NCBI GenBank assembly: GCA_030141605.1
Contig: JAQGDQ010000327.1
Coordinates: forward strand, 204,147-268,146
Direction: 5' to 3'
DNA length: 64,000 nucleotides
Source of the DNA: Tubiluchus corallicola
Lineage: Eukaryota; Animalia; Priapulida
The notes below the pieces were generated by a model that saw only the letters and a program-made list of their open reading frames with translations, was not told the DNA's origin and searched no databases. This document shows, piece after piece, positions 41,498 through 55,292 of this stretch (its first letter is position 1; every line of letters begins with the position of its first letter). A program made the position numbers and the translations under genes.

Positions 41498-42174
41498 ATA
41501 AAAATAGTACAGGAAAAAATGACACACTTGGTAAAATGAGTTTAGGGTTAGAATTACTATGGGGGACAATTATTTTAGTTATTTTTACCTCTGCCAAGGA
41601 AACTATGCTTCAACATAGTTTGTTTGTTTGTCAGGTTGTTGTCTGTTCTGGCAGTAACCCTATTACACAAAAACTACCAAACAAATTTCCTTGGAACTTT
41701 GTGGATAAGGTGGGTAGAGGGTCCAAAATGGGAATGTTTTCACTGAGTCTTTTTTGCAGAACTTGACCAAACACCACTTACAAAAAATATTCGTGAAGTA
41801 CTATGTGCAGGTGTGAGAGGGTGTATTTTGTACTTCTTTTTTATCTCCGCCAGGAGAAACAACTAAAGTTAGTTACAGGTTCCATTTCACGAAATTCTCA
41901 CTTGTAGCTGTCTATGGTCTTTGCTTATTAATATGTATAGCCTTATAAACTGATTTGGTATGTAAATAAACATATATCTGTCAGTCTATTACCATTGCCA
42001 AAATTAATGGCTAAAAAGGTAGATAAGCACTATGTACAATATATTTTGTAACAAACAAAATATTTTGTGTTTTTGCCATATATATATATATGGCTTATGT
42101 AAAATATTTATTTTACATAAAAATGTAAAATAAAAGTAAACAAGCAAACATACAGAAAATGTACCTGTTTTGAT

Positions 42175-42210
<36 letters not shown>

Positions 42211-42630
42211 ATCAAAACAGGTACATTTTCTGTATGTTTGCTTGTTTACTTTTATTTTACATTTTTTAATCAAATTAATCAAACAAATAAGTTTGATTTG
42301 GATTGTTCGGCTTTAGCAGAGATCTGCTTCATACAGAACGCATTCTAGTTTTTTATAGAAAACAATTGCATTAAAATATCATATGTGCCATATTTCTATA
42401 CTTTTCCATTTGTGCCATTTTCACCTCTGCCATTTTTATACATGTGCCATTTTAACCCACTTTTCCATTTGTGCCAATTTTTCCTGTGCCACTTTGATAC
42501 CTGTGCCATTTTAACCTACTTTTCCATTTGTACCATTTTCACCTGTGCCATTATTAGACCTGTGCCATTTTAACCTACTTTTCCATTTGTGCCAATTTTC
42601 CCTTTTTTATCTGTCATTTTTCCCGCACAC
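41498..42630 (+). mobile_element. Composite repeat copy B (HINE-like element within a GTGCCATTTT tandem-repeat element)
   Basis: ttacctctgccaaggaaactatg at ~41585 through cattctagtt at 42350, then a tgtgccatttt array at 42384-42600; inverted match to copy A. Confidence 0.65.
42119..42266. repeat. Perfect 148-bp palindrome centred on (TA)n
   Basis: aaaaatgtaaaataaaag..gatattg(ta)n caatatc..cttttattttacattttt; the arms are exact reverse complements. Confidence 0.95.
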
Positions 42631-43908
42631 CAGTTAGTTCAGTTAGAAACAGCATATCCTGAGCATGACATTGCATTGGAACATACAGTAAAATGTTTTG
42701 AACAGCAACCATGGTTAAACACATGTTTAACACTAAATGGTGCCAAGTGTGAAAACAGAAAGATCAAATTGGAATTTTTGGCATGGTTTTCTCTGTCCTC
42801 AAGTTTGGCAAGTGTTTTCCTAGACTAACCCACTCAAATTTTTGGAAAGTGGTGTGCACATCTTCTAGAAAAAAATCAACTTTTAAAACTGTTTCAGCAA
42901 GTTGGAAAAAATAAACATACTCCCAGAAAGATGACAAAATGTTCTATGAAATTGAATGTTTCAATTACAGGGATGCGTGCTTAATGAAATGGGAAGGGTA
43001 TGTTTCAGAGATTTTTTTCAGTGTTCCTATGTGGAAGTTGGTTCCCAGCTAATAACTGCATACTATTTGGAACAGCACTGTCATTGCCTTTTAGGAATGC
43101 GTACTGTTCAGGGCAACGCCAGAGGGAGGAGCATTAAGAAACTGGTGTTTTTGCCAGTTTTTTTGCAAAACTTATACAACTGATATCTGAAGAAAACTTA
43201 TACAACTGATATCTGAAGGTATTGCTACAGAAGGGTGCTATATATCATTGGAAAGAGCTTTCAGTGTAGGCTCTAACAGACATAATTCGGTTTCCCGGGA
43301 GCTTTACAGCTCACTGCAATGAGTACTTTTCCAGGATTTTTCAAACCACTAAATTTAGGATAACTACCGTCTAAAAAACTGGCTTTTGAAACTGTTTAGG
43401 TGACTTGGAAAAAATAAGCAGTTTAATCATACTCAGAAAGTGCATAGAATAGTCTATAAAGTGTAAATATTTCGTATAGAGAGATGCCTACTTAACAAAA
43501 TGGGAAGGGCTCGGAATATGTGGCTGTTCTGGGCATTGCTGTCATCCAATTTTCTACTGTTTTTAGGGACAGTTAGAAATATTTGTAAACCTACTCATCT
43601 CTAAAGGAGCATTAAGCAAAAACTTTTTAGAATGCTTGCACATTATTGGCTGTGAGCAAAACAGATTTGTGGAGTTTGGCGATAATATAATAACAATCTG
43701 CTGGCATTTGAAAATTTCAATAAGTCTGCAAAAAACCAAAGTTTTTTCGTAGTATATCCTTGATTTTTGTCATTTTTCTTATTTATTATTATGGTTATGC
43801 AATACTTGCAAGTTAATTTGCAAAAAAATATAGATTAAAAGCAGCAGGTGATGCAGCAGTGCAGGTTGGACTTAGTGAAGCTTATATTTTAGAAACGATT
43901 ATACATAC

Positions 43909-44085
43909 TCTTATTGCAAAAAATCCAATTAAAAGTGCAAAGACATCACTCATCATGTGAAACGCATCAGCAATGAGAGCCATTGAATTGGTTAGCAGGC
44001 CAACAACAATCTCCACTAGGAAGAAGCTTACTGTTAGCACTAGCATAGACACAAGGCGGCATCTCTTTCCAGTATAGCGCCCCAT
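43909..44085 (-). CDS. ZnT1/SLC30A1-like zinc transporter, first coding exon (TM1-TM2)
   Basis: MGRYTGKRCRLVSMLVLTVSFFLVEIVVGLLTNSMALIADAFHMMSDVFALLIGFFAIR|gtatgt, the classic ZnT1/ZnT10 N-terminus. An acceptor just upstream (~44098) suggests a 5'UTR exon. Confidence 0.93.
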
Positions 44086-45859
44086 TGTGTATGTCTCTGC
44101 AATAAACAATATCCTGAATTTTGTGAAAAATACAAAATGTGTGCCAAATAAATTCTTAACAAAATCTCGCCGATATGCATTGGAAATACCCTAGTTGAAA
44201 CAATAGCCTAATTATGGCATTATTACCATTACAATCACCAATGGCAACATGATTATCAGTGTCACATAATCATTAAAATTGTCATTCATTTTCATCCTTG
44301 TCATCAGAATCAACGACATTGATGGCAAAAAACAATATCAGCAATAAATTAGGAAGAGTAAATTAGCAAGTAAACACCCAGCTCCCTGTTATTACGATTC
44401 GCACATCTGTAAGAAATTTTTTAAATTTTAAATTTTTTCTACAGTAGCCACATTGCCAAAACCATGTCTTCAGTACTGAACGTACATTTTCATTAAATGA
44501 ACCAAAACCAAAAATATTCTAGGGTGCCACCAAACCGCAGCTTAAAAGAATGATTGGGAGTGGTGCCAAACCAAATTCCTAATAAAATATTAAGTACCGA
44601 ACCGATGCCAAACCGAATTTTCTTTTAATTCTAATTGAGAAGAAATATAAACTCTGTAATATTTTTTTGTTTTAAGCTAGTGGTGATTGGTCAATTGTGT
44701 ATAATTGTTATGATTACTAAATCTATGTTTGTTTAACATTATGAAGTAATGTATTTTAATACTTAAAAGTATTTTAAAAACAGTCCCAATTCTTTCAAAA
44801 AGCTGCTCAAACTATCTTGTATAACCAGTAATCGTTCTGATTACTAAATCTGTGTTGGTTTAAAGTAATGTAGTAAAGTATTAAGTATTTTAAAAGTAGC
44901 TCAAAATCTTTCAAACCATTCAAACTATTTTGTATAATCAATAAAAGCAGTACTTAGTACTGCAGTAGGTATAGCAGTGCAATAGTATAATTGTTTAATT
45001 GTTAGAGTTCTCGTTTTATTTCTTCCTGTGGAAGCCAATACGTTGTATATAGGTTACAGGCAATGTGTGAAATCGGGTATTCTGCAGAATGTATAGACAT
45101 TTTATAGATTGACAAAACAAACCAGGTAAAGTGTCTAAAATAATTCCTTCTACAATTTCCCTAAAACAAACCAGGTAAAGTGTCTAAAATAATTCCTTCT
45201 ACAATTTTTCTAGGTATTATATATAAGTCAAATGCTTGTCCTGCAAAGTGTGTAATTATTGGATTCTTTATATTTTTCCAAGGCATTTTATATAATGGCA
45301 ATTTTTTTTGTGTGAATTTGAATTCAGTTGGTTAGTTAGTTTGATGGTAGATAGATGAACGGATGGGCGTACAGAGACAGAAACACAGAGATGCAAGCCT
45401 TATGGCCTGCTATACCGGCATTACATTATAAATTGCTTTAATTTAAAGGTCTACTTTTAAATTATTGTGAAAATTTCATTCCCCTTACATAAAATTTCTA
45501 TTATTAATCTCTTCCTGATAGCACCACTCATAGCTATTTGAATTGTGCTCAACATGCAAAATTGCAAAAAAGATTTTAACAAAAACAGACTTCATAAATC
45601 CATATGCATGTACTGCTAATAGACTTTCTACGCACAAATAAGTTTACGAAAAATTTTCCTAAGAACTCCAATAAATCTACCCTCATGATTACTAGATACT
45701 GAAAGTGATCCACCTAAGTGAAAAATAGTGACATTGGCCCCAACCACCAGCTTAATTAGCACGTTAGGTAATGGCACATTCAGAGAAGAGTGTTTTCTCT
45801 TGCTAATCCTAACTTGTCAAGTAACTCGCCAGAATGTTCAGATTAGAGAGCCAAACATG

Positions 45860-48272
45860 AAGCTCGCTACTCAAACCCATCTTCCTGGCCTCATCGAAGA
45901 TCTTTACGATCGGGCGTAGCGGGTGGCAACGGGTCCGTAGCAAGGCTATGCCGTCTGGGGTTTTCTACTTCTTGAGGTCCAACCATGGCGGACAGGCTTG
46001 CTGCCGACGGTGAACGGCCGTGTCCCGGCTAAGTGAGGGAGCTCTGGTAACCCTGTGGGCGTGGTGGTCTCATCCCCGAAGAGACAGCCCCTCCGGACTT
46101 ACCGGCCAGTGGCATGCTAACAACTCGCCCTGGTGCTATATCTTGTTGTTTTCGAAACCAGTATAAGTACAAACCCGACCGGATTCTCAGGATTTGACCC
46201 TGGTATGATTACGGAAAATTCCCAACGATTGACGGAAAGGAGACACTTACTTACGGCAAAAACCAGTACTCGGATTGGCTCATGGAATGTACAGTCATTG
46301 AATGTGTTTGGCAGGCTGGAGGACCTAATATGTCAACTTGATGAATATAAGGTCGCTATCTGTTGCTTGAGTGAGGTACGGCGGCGGGAGTTTGGCAAGG
46401 AATGCATCGGTGATCACACCATCCTCTACTATGGATCGGACGTGCGGCACGCAGTGATACTCGCCGGAAGGAGAAGATCAAGCAACACACATCCGGGCCG
46501 GACGCTGTAGTTACGGGGCTTGCGAAGGCGGAATTGGAGCACTGGTGGAAGTCCAAGGCCAAGGAGCTAGAGTCAGCTAGCCTCAGAGGCGATATGAGGA
46601 AGATGTGTGGAGTACTTCGCCATGCGACCAAGAAATCGTCAGTTATTAGTGAGCGAATACAGGCTGCTGATGGACAGCTCATAGATAACTTGCTGGCCCG
46701 GTCGCGAGAATACTACTCGGAGCTGCTGAATCATGCGCCACCAGCTGAACTAGATCATGAGCTAGACGGTCTTGTGCTGAATGCTACCACCTCACAGCTG
46801 ATTTCTAGTGGTTCCATCACTGTCCACGAGATCCGCAGAGCAGACCACTGCCTAAGGAGTGGGTGGAGTCGCTTCTGATTCCTCTATTCAAGAAAGCTGA
46901 TAAGATGATGTGTAAGAACTAAAGAAGGGATATCTCTAATATCTATAGTCGGCAAACTGTACGCCACCATTCTCCTCCGGCGGCTCAAGCGTCATCGGGA
47001 ATCGACCACACAGTAGGAGTAGGCCGGTTTCCGCGAGGGCCGAGGCTGCCGAGATCAAATCTTCACACTTCGTCGCATCGTTGAGCAGCACTTGCAATTC
47101 CAACAACCTTTTGTGGCATGTTTCGTTGACTTCTCAGCAGCCTTCGATTCAGTTGACCGAGAGCGTCTGTGGAAGTTGCTTGCGCTAGACGGTGTCTCTG
47201 TTTCGATATTAGGTCCATCTATGCCGGCAGCAACAGCAGAGTCCGGGTGTACGGCCACCTCGGCAAGCCATTTGATGTAATCACAGGTGTCCGCCAAGGA
47301 TGCCCATTGTTCGCCATGCTCTTCAACTTCGTCATCGATCGAATTATGCACATGAGCTTCGCCGGGCTCGGTCACGAAGGTATCCAGGTGTCAGTCGGAC
47401 AGTCCCTTGCAGACGTGGACTTCGCAGATGACCTAGCATTGTTAGCAGACAACTCTGAAATCATGAATAAGTTCTTGGATATCCTTTCAAAGAATGCAGC
47501 ACTTTACGGCCTAATAATTAATGTCGAGAAAACAAAGGCGATGTACATCGGAGCAATGATGTCATACAGCTCCACGGGCACACCATCGAGCTGGTCGAAT
47601 CCTTTGCTTACCTGGACAGGCAAATCTTGAACGATGGTTCTTGCTCGATGGAGATTCATCGGCGGATCGGTTTTGCCTGCAATACTTTTTGGGACCTTGA
47701 CAAGTTTCTTTGGCAGCAACCCGCAATATCCATTGAGACTAAACTCCGCGTGTTCAAAGCCAGCATTCTATCCACGCTGATGTATGGCAGCGAAACCTGG
47801 ACTAGCCCAACAAAGGACGAAAGACGTCTTAACTCATTCGAAACCAAATTACTAAGGCGCGTTTTCGGCATTAGCTATTCAGATCACATTACGAACGCCG
47901 AGGTCTACAGACGTGCGGGTCTCATCGGCTCATTCGCAGAACGCATCAAACGTCGCCGTCTGGATTATCTGGAGCACGTCGCTCGTATGGCCAACTCCCG
48001 CCTACCGTTCACCTCCATGTTCGAGCCGACGCCGGCGGCAACAACACGCCGCTGCACGTGGAAGTGCTGCAGAGGAGGTCAACAAAAGCATTTCTGGCAT
48101 CAAATCAAGCACAATATTGTGTCTCCTCTTGGGCTGGACCACTACCACCAAGTTTCCGATGATCACACAGAGCTGTTGTCGTACTGCGAGGATAGGAAGC
48201 AGTGGTGTGCGATGGTTCAGGATGCTACCTATGCTGGCCTGCCTCCACCTGGTGGGGGCAGCAAGTAAGCAA
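45860..48272 (+). mobile_element. RTE-group LINE with internal deletions
   Basis: APE start (IGSWNVQSL, CLSEVR) truncated at ~46460; RT FVDFSAAFDSV, GVRQGC, FADD; C-terminal LMYGSETW; caagtaagcaag tail. Confidence 0.88.
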
Positions 48273-50689
48273 GTGCGCTGCAAATTACTCTTCAACAGTA
48301 AGTGTTAGCTGACACTCTTTTCTTTATTCACTGCGTGCGATATCAAGAGCTCGTATAGGCGTTCACTGTAGACAGTAACTCGAAACAACTATCGGACAGT
48401 TTGCAGTAACTTGCTGACAGTAACTTGCAAATCAATTTAACAGTTCAGAGAAAAAACTCGCGACAGAAAACTCACTAGTCTGAATGAGTCGTTGTATGCA
48501 TTTCATATAAAAAATATAAAATATATAAAATGTATAAAATATCTAGCAAAAGTTCCATTCTACAGAAATTGTTCATTTTTACTCATTGTCAAAGTATATT
48601 TACACATCATAAATAAATCCTAGCTACTAAACAAAAAGTCTAGACAAAGTATGGAATTTCACACTTTTCCCAAAATGCACAGGCATTATATGAAATCCCT
48701 AGAAATTTTATAAAATGCCTGAATTTTATACATTGCCTGTAACACATATACAATTACAGCACTGCCATGTTATTTCGCATTGATATGACTTATATACCGA
48801 TGGTGCATCCCATTCTTCGAGTTATCATACAGAAAGCACAATGGTGGCTGTTGTGCCGTGTTTGTCTACTATCACTTTTTTCGAATGATTTTTTTTCTAA
48901 GCAATATAGGGAATATTTAGTTTGTTTAATGTAATTTTCACCAAAATTTAAGTGACAATTGTTAAAAAAGTAATTTCAGTATACTAAACGTTTAGGAAAA
49001 AATATGAATATTCGTTGCATCCTTAGCTTTGAATAAAATGGGATACTGATTCTCATTTTCTCTAAAGCACATAATGAATTAGAACTTTCAACTAAAAATC
49101 CAAACAAACTGTCAATGATAATTCCTGTAGAGTTCATAAAATTCAATGCACTTTAAAAATTTAGCCATGGCAGTCACCTTTGGAAGCTTCTTGGCAGTCA
49201 CCTTTGGAAGCTTCTTCACCACAATGAACTGCTTAGAGATTTCACTGGTTGTTGACTAATTTAGCTGCAAAATAAACAACATTCGTATAAGAAATGAATT
49301 GTCCATAGCTAAAGGCACATTCCGTATAGAAAGCTTTCTTGCCAAATAATTCACAAGTGTGTTCAGACCAGACAGCAAATATTGTTGCAAGTTACAGAAG
49401 TTTCGAGAGTAACTCTCCGAGGTGCACAAACTAGAGAATAACTCACAGGAAATCAAACTGCAACAACTGTCGGAGAGTTTTCAATAACTTTCCAACAGTA
49501 GCCATTTATCTGGAATATTTTTGGCTTCTTTTAGCCTTTGTTCTGCATTGCTTGTATTAGTGTGCAAAATTATTTTACTCGATTCTTCTGGGTGATTATC
49601 TTTATCTGTTCATGCCCAACTGTTACCCCATATGGTAGAACAATATATTAAGTGTGCAAGATGGTAGTATTATAAGGCAAATTTGCTATTGACACACTTA
49701 TAAATGGTAGTGTTTTTTAGAGACCGCCGCTTTCTGAGCTATTTTGCCTTTTTATTTTGGAAAATGATCGTGTCACATGAGGTGTTTATCTATTATGACA
49801 CCAAGGTATTATTCTTGGTCGACTTCTTGTTCTATTCACCAAAATTTAACATGAGTACAAATATTGCAATAATTTAGCTAGTATTATCTATGTTCATTGT
49901 TTGTTTGGTGTGCTTTAAAATGTGTAAAAATGACCAGTAAAATCAAATAGTGAGACATAAAATGATGTGTGGTTATTAATAACAAGTTCAGCAGCAATTG
50001 TACGCATTTTAACTGTATCTCTTGCAATATCCACCATTATGCATGGACATGATCAGCTGCAATGTTCATTCATCTGCTAAATTAAGTGAGTTATACTATA
50101 CTTGTTTCCAGTTTTAATTGCACAATCATACAGATGTTTTACAAGTTCGGCAGTCACCAATCAGGCGCTGGGCGAGAATTCCCCCCCCCCCAAAGTTCAA
50201 CTTACCAAGCTGAGTAATTTGAGCTCCAGATCACAGAATCACGTAACACTGCTAATGAGCGTCTCGCACCCAAGTGAACCGGTGTCCAAGAGTCTTCTTT
50301 ACGTATTCTAGTTACGATCTAATTATAACAGGTTGACGATCATGAGAGAATGACCAAGATCATTAATGTTCTAAGCCTAAGGTCTACATTTAGTTAACTT
50401 CAGTAAAGCAATCTATAGTTAAACAACAACAACAATAATAATAATAATAAAATATACACTGATTTTTTGCGCAAAAATGCTCCGGTTAACTGACAAAGTA
50501 AAATGTGTCAAAGATCAGTTTTGTGAATTATACTGTGCCTTCTATAATAATGCACTGTGCACCCGATTTGTTTATTGTCGATTTACCTGCGTTTCTATGA
50601 GAGCTTACGCTGTGGGATATAGTGCGAGAATTAGCAATTCACTCGTTACGGAATGAACGAGCAGCGGATAGGAGAGTCTGCCATCAACA

Positions 50690-51640
50690 GGTTGGGTGCG
50701 CCATGGTTTAGATTATAAGCACGCAAACGACTAATGAACAAATAAAATGATTAGTCCGACAGTTACTGTTCTGGTAGCCAATTAGGTGGCACAATACTCG
50801 CGGATTAATAATTATTGCCGAACTGCGTTCATAGCTCTGATTTCCCAATTAAACACCGCCCGATTTGAAGCGTGAACTGTTTCACTATTAAGTGAATTCC
50901 AAGGGACCACAATACGAGAAGAGAAGAAATGAGTTCTGATATTAGTGCGAGAGTACTGTACAAATAATTTAGAATTGTGTCCACGTAAATCACGTAGTGG
51001 TCTAGAAAAAATTTTTTCACTACGCAAAATAGAACTACCACTAATGACTTTATAACAGCTAATAAGAGCTATTAAATCGCGGCGTTGTTCAAGAGAAGAT
51101 ACAGAGCCGGGTTGAACAGAACATCTTCAGTGAGTTTTATCTAAAGCATTTTTAAGAGTAACATACTGTGGTGACCAAGCAATGCACGCATATTTCAGTA
51201 TTGGCCTAACTACAGCTTTATAAAGGTATACTTTCCTTTCTGTGTGTTAGAAAATAAAGAAACCGAAGGCATAGAGTAGTTTTAAATGGTGTAATACCTT
51301 CCCGGAGAAATGTATCCAGTGGAATTCCTCAAGGGACTTTGTCGGGACCTTATTGTTTTCTTATTTTTATCAATGATGTTACCGAGTGTGTATCCCCTGA
51401 CACACGTATACGACTGTTTGTTTATGATATAAAACCTGTTGTATTAGGCACGTCATTTTTTTAACATTCTTTCTCTTAAATCCTAGGCGTACTGCACTGT
51501 ATGTCTGTGGCTCAGGCCACATGTGCATCAAAAGCTGTTTATATTTTAAATGTATTTATGTTATCGCAGATTCTAATATGTAGTGGAAGGCTATTCCAAA
51601 CAGTTGGAGCGGCATGGGAAAGGGATACGCGCACCTGAGG
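50690..51640. mobile_element. Cluster of short CR1/L2 LINE fragments on both strands
   Basis: LRGHNSKL..FFSSRIVVPWNSL (-); SGIPQG..GPLLFLIFINDV (+, ~51315-51420); HAAPTVWNSLP (-). Confidence 0.65.
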
Positions 51641-52636
51641 TTTTTAAGTGGTGCTGAAATCTAGTTTTTTTTGCTGGATTAATGATGTGTTTAACTGTCA
51701 TTAGGTCGGATTTCTTTGATTTTAGAATTTTGTTTGGGGCCGACTAAATGAAGCACAGCGGGATGAAACGGAAACATGGCAGAATATAGCATGTGCGATC
51801 TTAAATCAAATTAGTTCGGCAGGCTATTGGGGTACTATCATGATATTAGCCTTTGGCCCGTGAGACAGATATTAATATTATTAATGCAATGGATCTCTGA
51901 GGAAGAAATAGTTGCAAAACCGCGTGTTTAGACGACATCAACCTTTACTCCGTCAAACTCTGGTAATAGTTATTTTACCGCTCTTCTTATAATGGTAGTA
52001 CAATTGTTCAATTAATTGCCCACGGGAGCTTTGGCTGGGTCGGAATGGCTATGACAAATACAAGAATGACCTCAGATTGCGAAATACGCGTTGTCTGATC
52101 TCCCTAGTTTACTAGCTGGGCTACGTAATAAGCCGCTTCAGTGTTAATATGGTCTGTGTCAGATTCGTGCAACAGATAGCGTGTTTACAGGTTTGCAAAA
52201 CTTTGAAGTATTTTCCGTTGGTACAAATCAATGTAAGCGCTACACTAACAATGGTATATACGGTTTATTAATTTAACAGCTTTTGATCGAGCCTGGGAGC
52301 CGTCGAGGGGTCGAGGAACGCGAAGACGGCCGAGCAGTCAACCTTCGTATGTTATCAATTTGCAAACCGAGATATTTTATACTACTATTTTGTGTTAAGG
52401 TTATGTCGCCAATTTTGAGTCCCAATGTGGAAGAGTCCTGTTGTGAAAAGTTCCTGCTAATTAACTAGTATTAATTGGTATTCCAACCTGAGCGGACGTG
52501 TTTATACGCTGCTACGCTGGTAACGCTCACCTGTAACATGTTTTAAAATTTCGAAATCTTGTGAAGGCCGACTGATTTGCCGATAAAAATGTTGAAAATA
52601 TAAGTTAAAATTTTTATAATGCTGCAGTTTTGATAC

Positions 52637-53584
52637 TTGCCGTTATATGAGCAGAAAGTTAATTGTGATATGCAAACAAGATCAATGACTAAATCTAAAA
52701 CGGAAGTGAAAAGCAAAAAACAACCTGTATACAAGCCGACAAACAAAGAAAGCACTTCAGCAGCGATGGAAAATAACGATGTGACTTCAGGAATGTTTTG
52801 TTCGTTTTTGTCAGAGGAAAACGAAGGGACGACTACAACCCAAACCGAGGATGACGCTGTAGCTCAAGGTAAATCAAATCGTTCAGATGATAAACTTTTA
52901 GCTGCCATTCTTCAAAGTAAAGCCGAAATGAATGAACAATTTGCAAAAATTTCTGCTGAGTTAATAGAAGTTAAAACGAGACAAAAATCTCTAGAAACCA
53001 AGTACGATAAATTGTATTCTAAACTAGAGAATAAGGCAGTCAGGATTGATAATGCAGAAAAAATCAATAAAGAACTTGAGGCTAACCTTAATGATGCTCG
53101 TAGACAAATAGCCGTTTATAAATCCGAAATTGATAACTTGGAACAATACGTACGCAGGGACTGTCTGTTATTTTACGGCCTCCCAGAACAAAAAGAGGAG
53201 AACATTTATAGCATCATCAGCCGTATAATTACGAGCATGGGCTTGCAGATAAATGATATGGATATTAGTGCAGTACACCGCATACCGTCAGAAAAAGGGG
53301 TGCCGCCGATTATAGTGAAATTTACAAGAAGGTCAGTCAGGGATAACATATATAAGCAAAGGAAAAACCGTCCAAGACTTGGTGATATAGGGTTTTCGTC
53401 CAACAATCGTGTCCAGATAGGGGAATGTCTCACTCCGGCCAGGAAGGCATTGTTCAAAAAGTGTGTTGATTACAAAAAACAACGAGGCTATAAATTTGTA
53501 TGGACAAATCAAGGAAGAATCTTTATGAGAGCTAATGAAAAAATGGAATCCTTCGAAATAAAATGTGAAGAGGACTTAACCTAA
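52637..53584 (+). CDS. Intact LINE ORF1 (coiled coil, RRM and CTD; L1/CR1-type ORF1p)
   Basis: LEQYVRRDCLLFYGLPE, DISAVHRI, IIVKF, ECLTP, YKFVWTNQGRIF. Probable ATG at 52670. Confidence 0.88.
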   Translation: MPLYEQKVNCDMQTRSMTKSKTEVKSKKQPVYKPTNKESTSAAMENNDVTSGMFCSFLSEENEGTTTTQTEDDAVAQGKSNRSDDKLLAAILQSKAEMNEQFAKISAELIEVKTRQKSLETKYDKLYSKLENKAVRIDNAEKINKELEANLNDARRQIAVYKSEIDNLEQYVRRDCLLFYGLPEQKEENIYSIISRIITSMGLQINDMDISAVHRIPSEKGVPPIIVKFTRRSVRDNIYKQRKNRPRLGDIGFSSNNRVQIGECLTPARKALFKKCVDYKKQRGYKFVWTNQGRIFMRANEKMESFEIKCEEDLT

Positions 53585-54814
53585 TTTGAACTGTTGCAGA
53601 TTCTGATTATACTTATGTTCGTCTTTAACGCTAATCAAGTAAACAGGTATCTTTCTTATTTTAAGTTTCTTTGCCGTTTGTCAGATTGCCCGTTCGCCTA
53701 ATACAGTTCACGTGTGTACTAATTGTGTGTGCATGCCTGCGGGTGTATGTTATGTATTATTCATAATTGCAAGTTTATTTTGTATAAGTGAGCGAAAAAT
53801 AGCTCACATTTTTTTTGTATGGTAACTAGAAACATTTATCGGTACAGTCGTAATGCCTATGCAGGTTGGTACTGTAAGTGATTACAAAACTATGGATACC
53901 ACCGAGTAATAATTACAAACAGCTTAGTGTGGTTCAATGAAACCAGTTTTTTTGTCCGTATGTTAATTGATAACCTTGACTACATGGGTAAATGGTCCAA
54001 TGAATAAGCGATTCGTAAATGGTTGAGGACGAGATTTTGTCACGTATCAAGTATTTAATATATTAACCTGTTTACAGAAACTGATTACAGATTACCTTGA
54101 AGTGAAAACTTTAACGTACCTGGGTATAATCTATCACATTCACAGGTATGCTGCCTTGATTGCGAAATTGTGTTTTACCAATGAAGACAACAAGGGATGT
54201 TTTTGCATAGACCTATATATTCATTATCAATATAATAAATAATAATGAACAAGCACTGTTAGACACTAAATGAAACGTGAGCGTGTAATATTTTTAATAC
54301 AGAAGTGACTCTATTTTTTTGTATGGCGAGACAGCTTAACGTAAATTTATGCCTAAATTCATGCTTAACTCCATATTAAATTTAACCCTTTTTAGAAAGA
54401 TATGCATAAATATTAGTTACTTTGTTTCAATTTTCACTTATTAGCAACATGGATATGTAATTAAACTGTATTAATGCTACGTATCGCGATTAGTTAATAT
54501 CTGGCAAGTTATTTTCTGTCTATATATCATTAACAGTCAAATTTAAGTGGAACCATATTTCTAAATATGAGACTATTTTTGTGTACTTTAATGTATAATC
54601 AAAGAATTCGTACTACATCAATAATCCAAAATACATGTGCAAATTATATGCTCCAGGATATATTAATTTGATAATTTGAAGCAATTATTTCATTTATCTT
54701 TTTTTAAATCAAAGTGAAGATATAGGCAAATAAGTCGGCCCTAATTACTACCTTAGTCTTTTTGCATTTTTTTCTTTTTTAGCAATTACTCACCCTCTTT
54801 ACCTACATCATTCA

Positions 54815-54983
54815 TATGATAACATTCTCATGTCCCGCTTGCGAGAAACCTGTTAAACATAACCAAAAGGCTCTAGGATGTGACAACTGTTATAGGTGGA
54901 TTCACCTAAGATGCTCACCGTTATCTGTTGACGATTATAATGACCTGGCTACAGATGATAATGAATGGTTTTGCCATCTTTAA
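54815..54983 (+). pseudogene. PHD-finger start of LINE ORF2, truncated
   Basis: CPACEKPVKHNQKALGCDNCYRWIHLRC..WFC, then abrupt loss of homology. Confidence 0.75.
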
Positions 54984-55292
54984 AAAGACCTTTTTAAAAA
55001 CCCTGATGTATAATGTAGAATATAAAAGCTGATTATGACACATAACATTTATCATTTACTGTTGTATGTCATAATCAAGTTTTATATTCCAAATGATACA
55101 TTACAGTTTTTTAAAAATGTCTACATCTAAGAATGACTCCTGTAGGGGAGTCAAAATATCATGACTGAAAATTTTTAAATTATCTCTATATCTGTTCATT
55201 TTTGCTCAGGTAAAACAGTTTTATAGAAAATGTATTCTAAATATAAATCAAACAGTTTTTCCTGCTATATAATTTGTGGAAAATAAACCCAC

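Noticed and set aside
42384-42600. CRISPR-like or regulatory array of tgtgccatttt repeats (also 39150-39275)
   Set aside because: Eukaryotic context, short degenerate units without unique spacers; subterminal repeats of a non-autonomous transposon.
43167-49216. Short tandem duplications (43167-43218, ~45114-45207, ~49169-49216)
   Set aside because: Ordinary local slippage duplications with no further structure.
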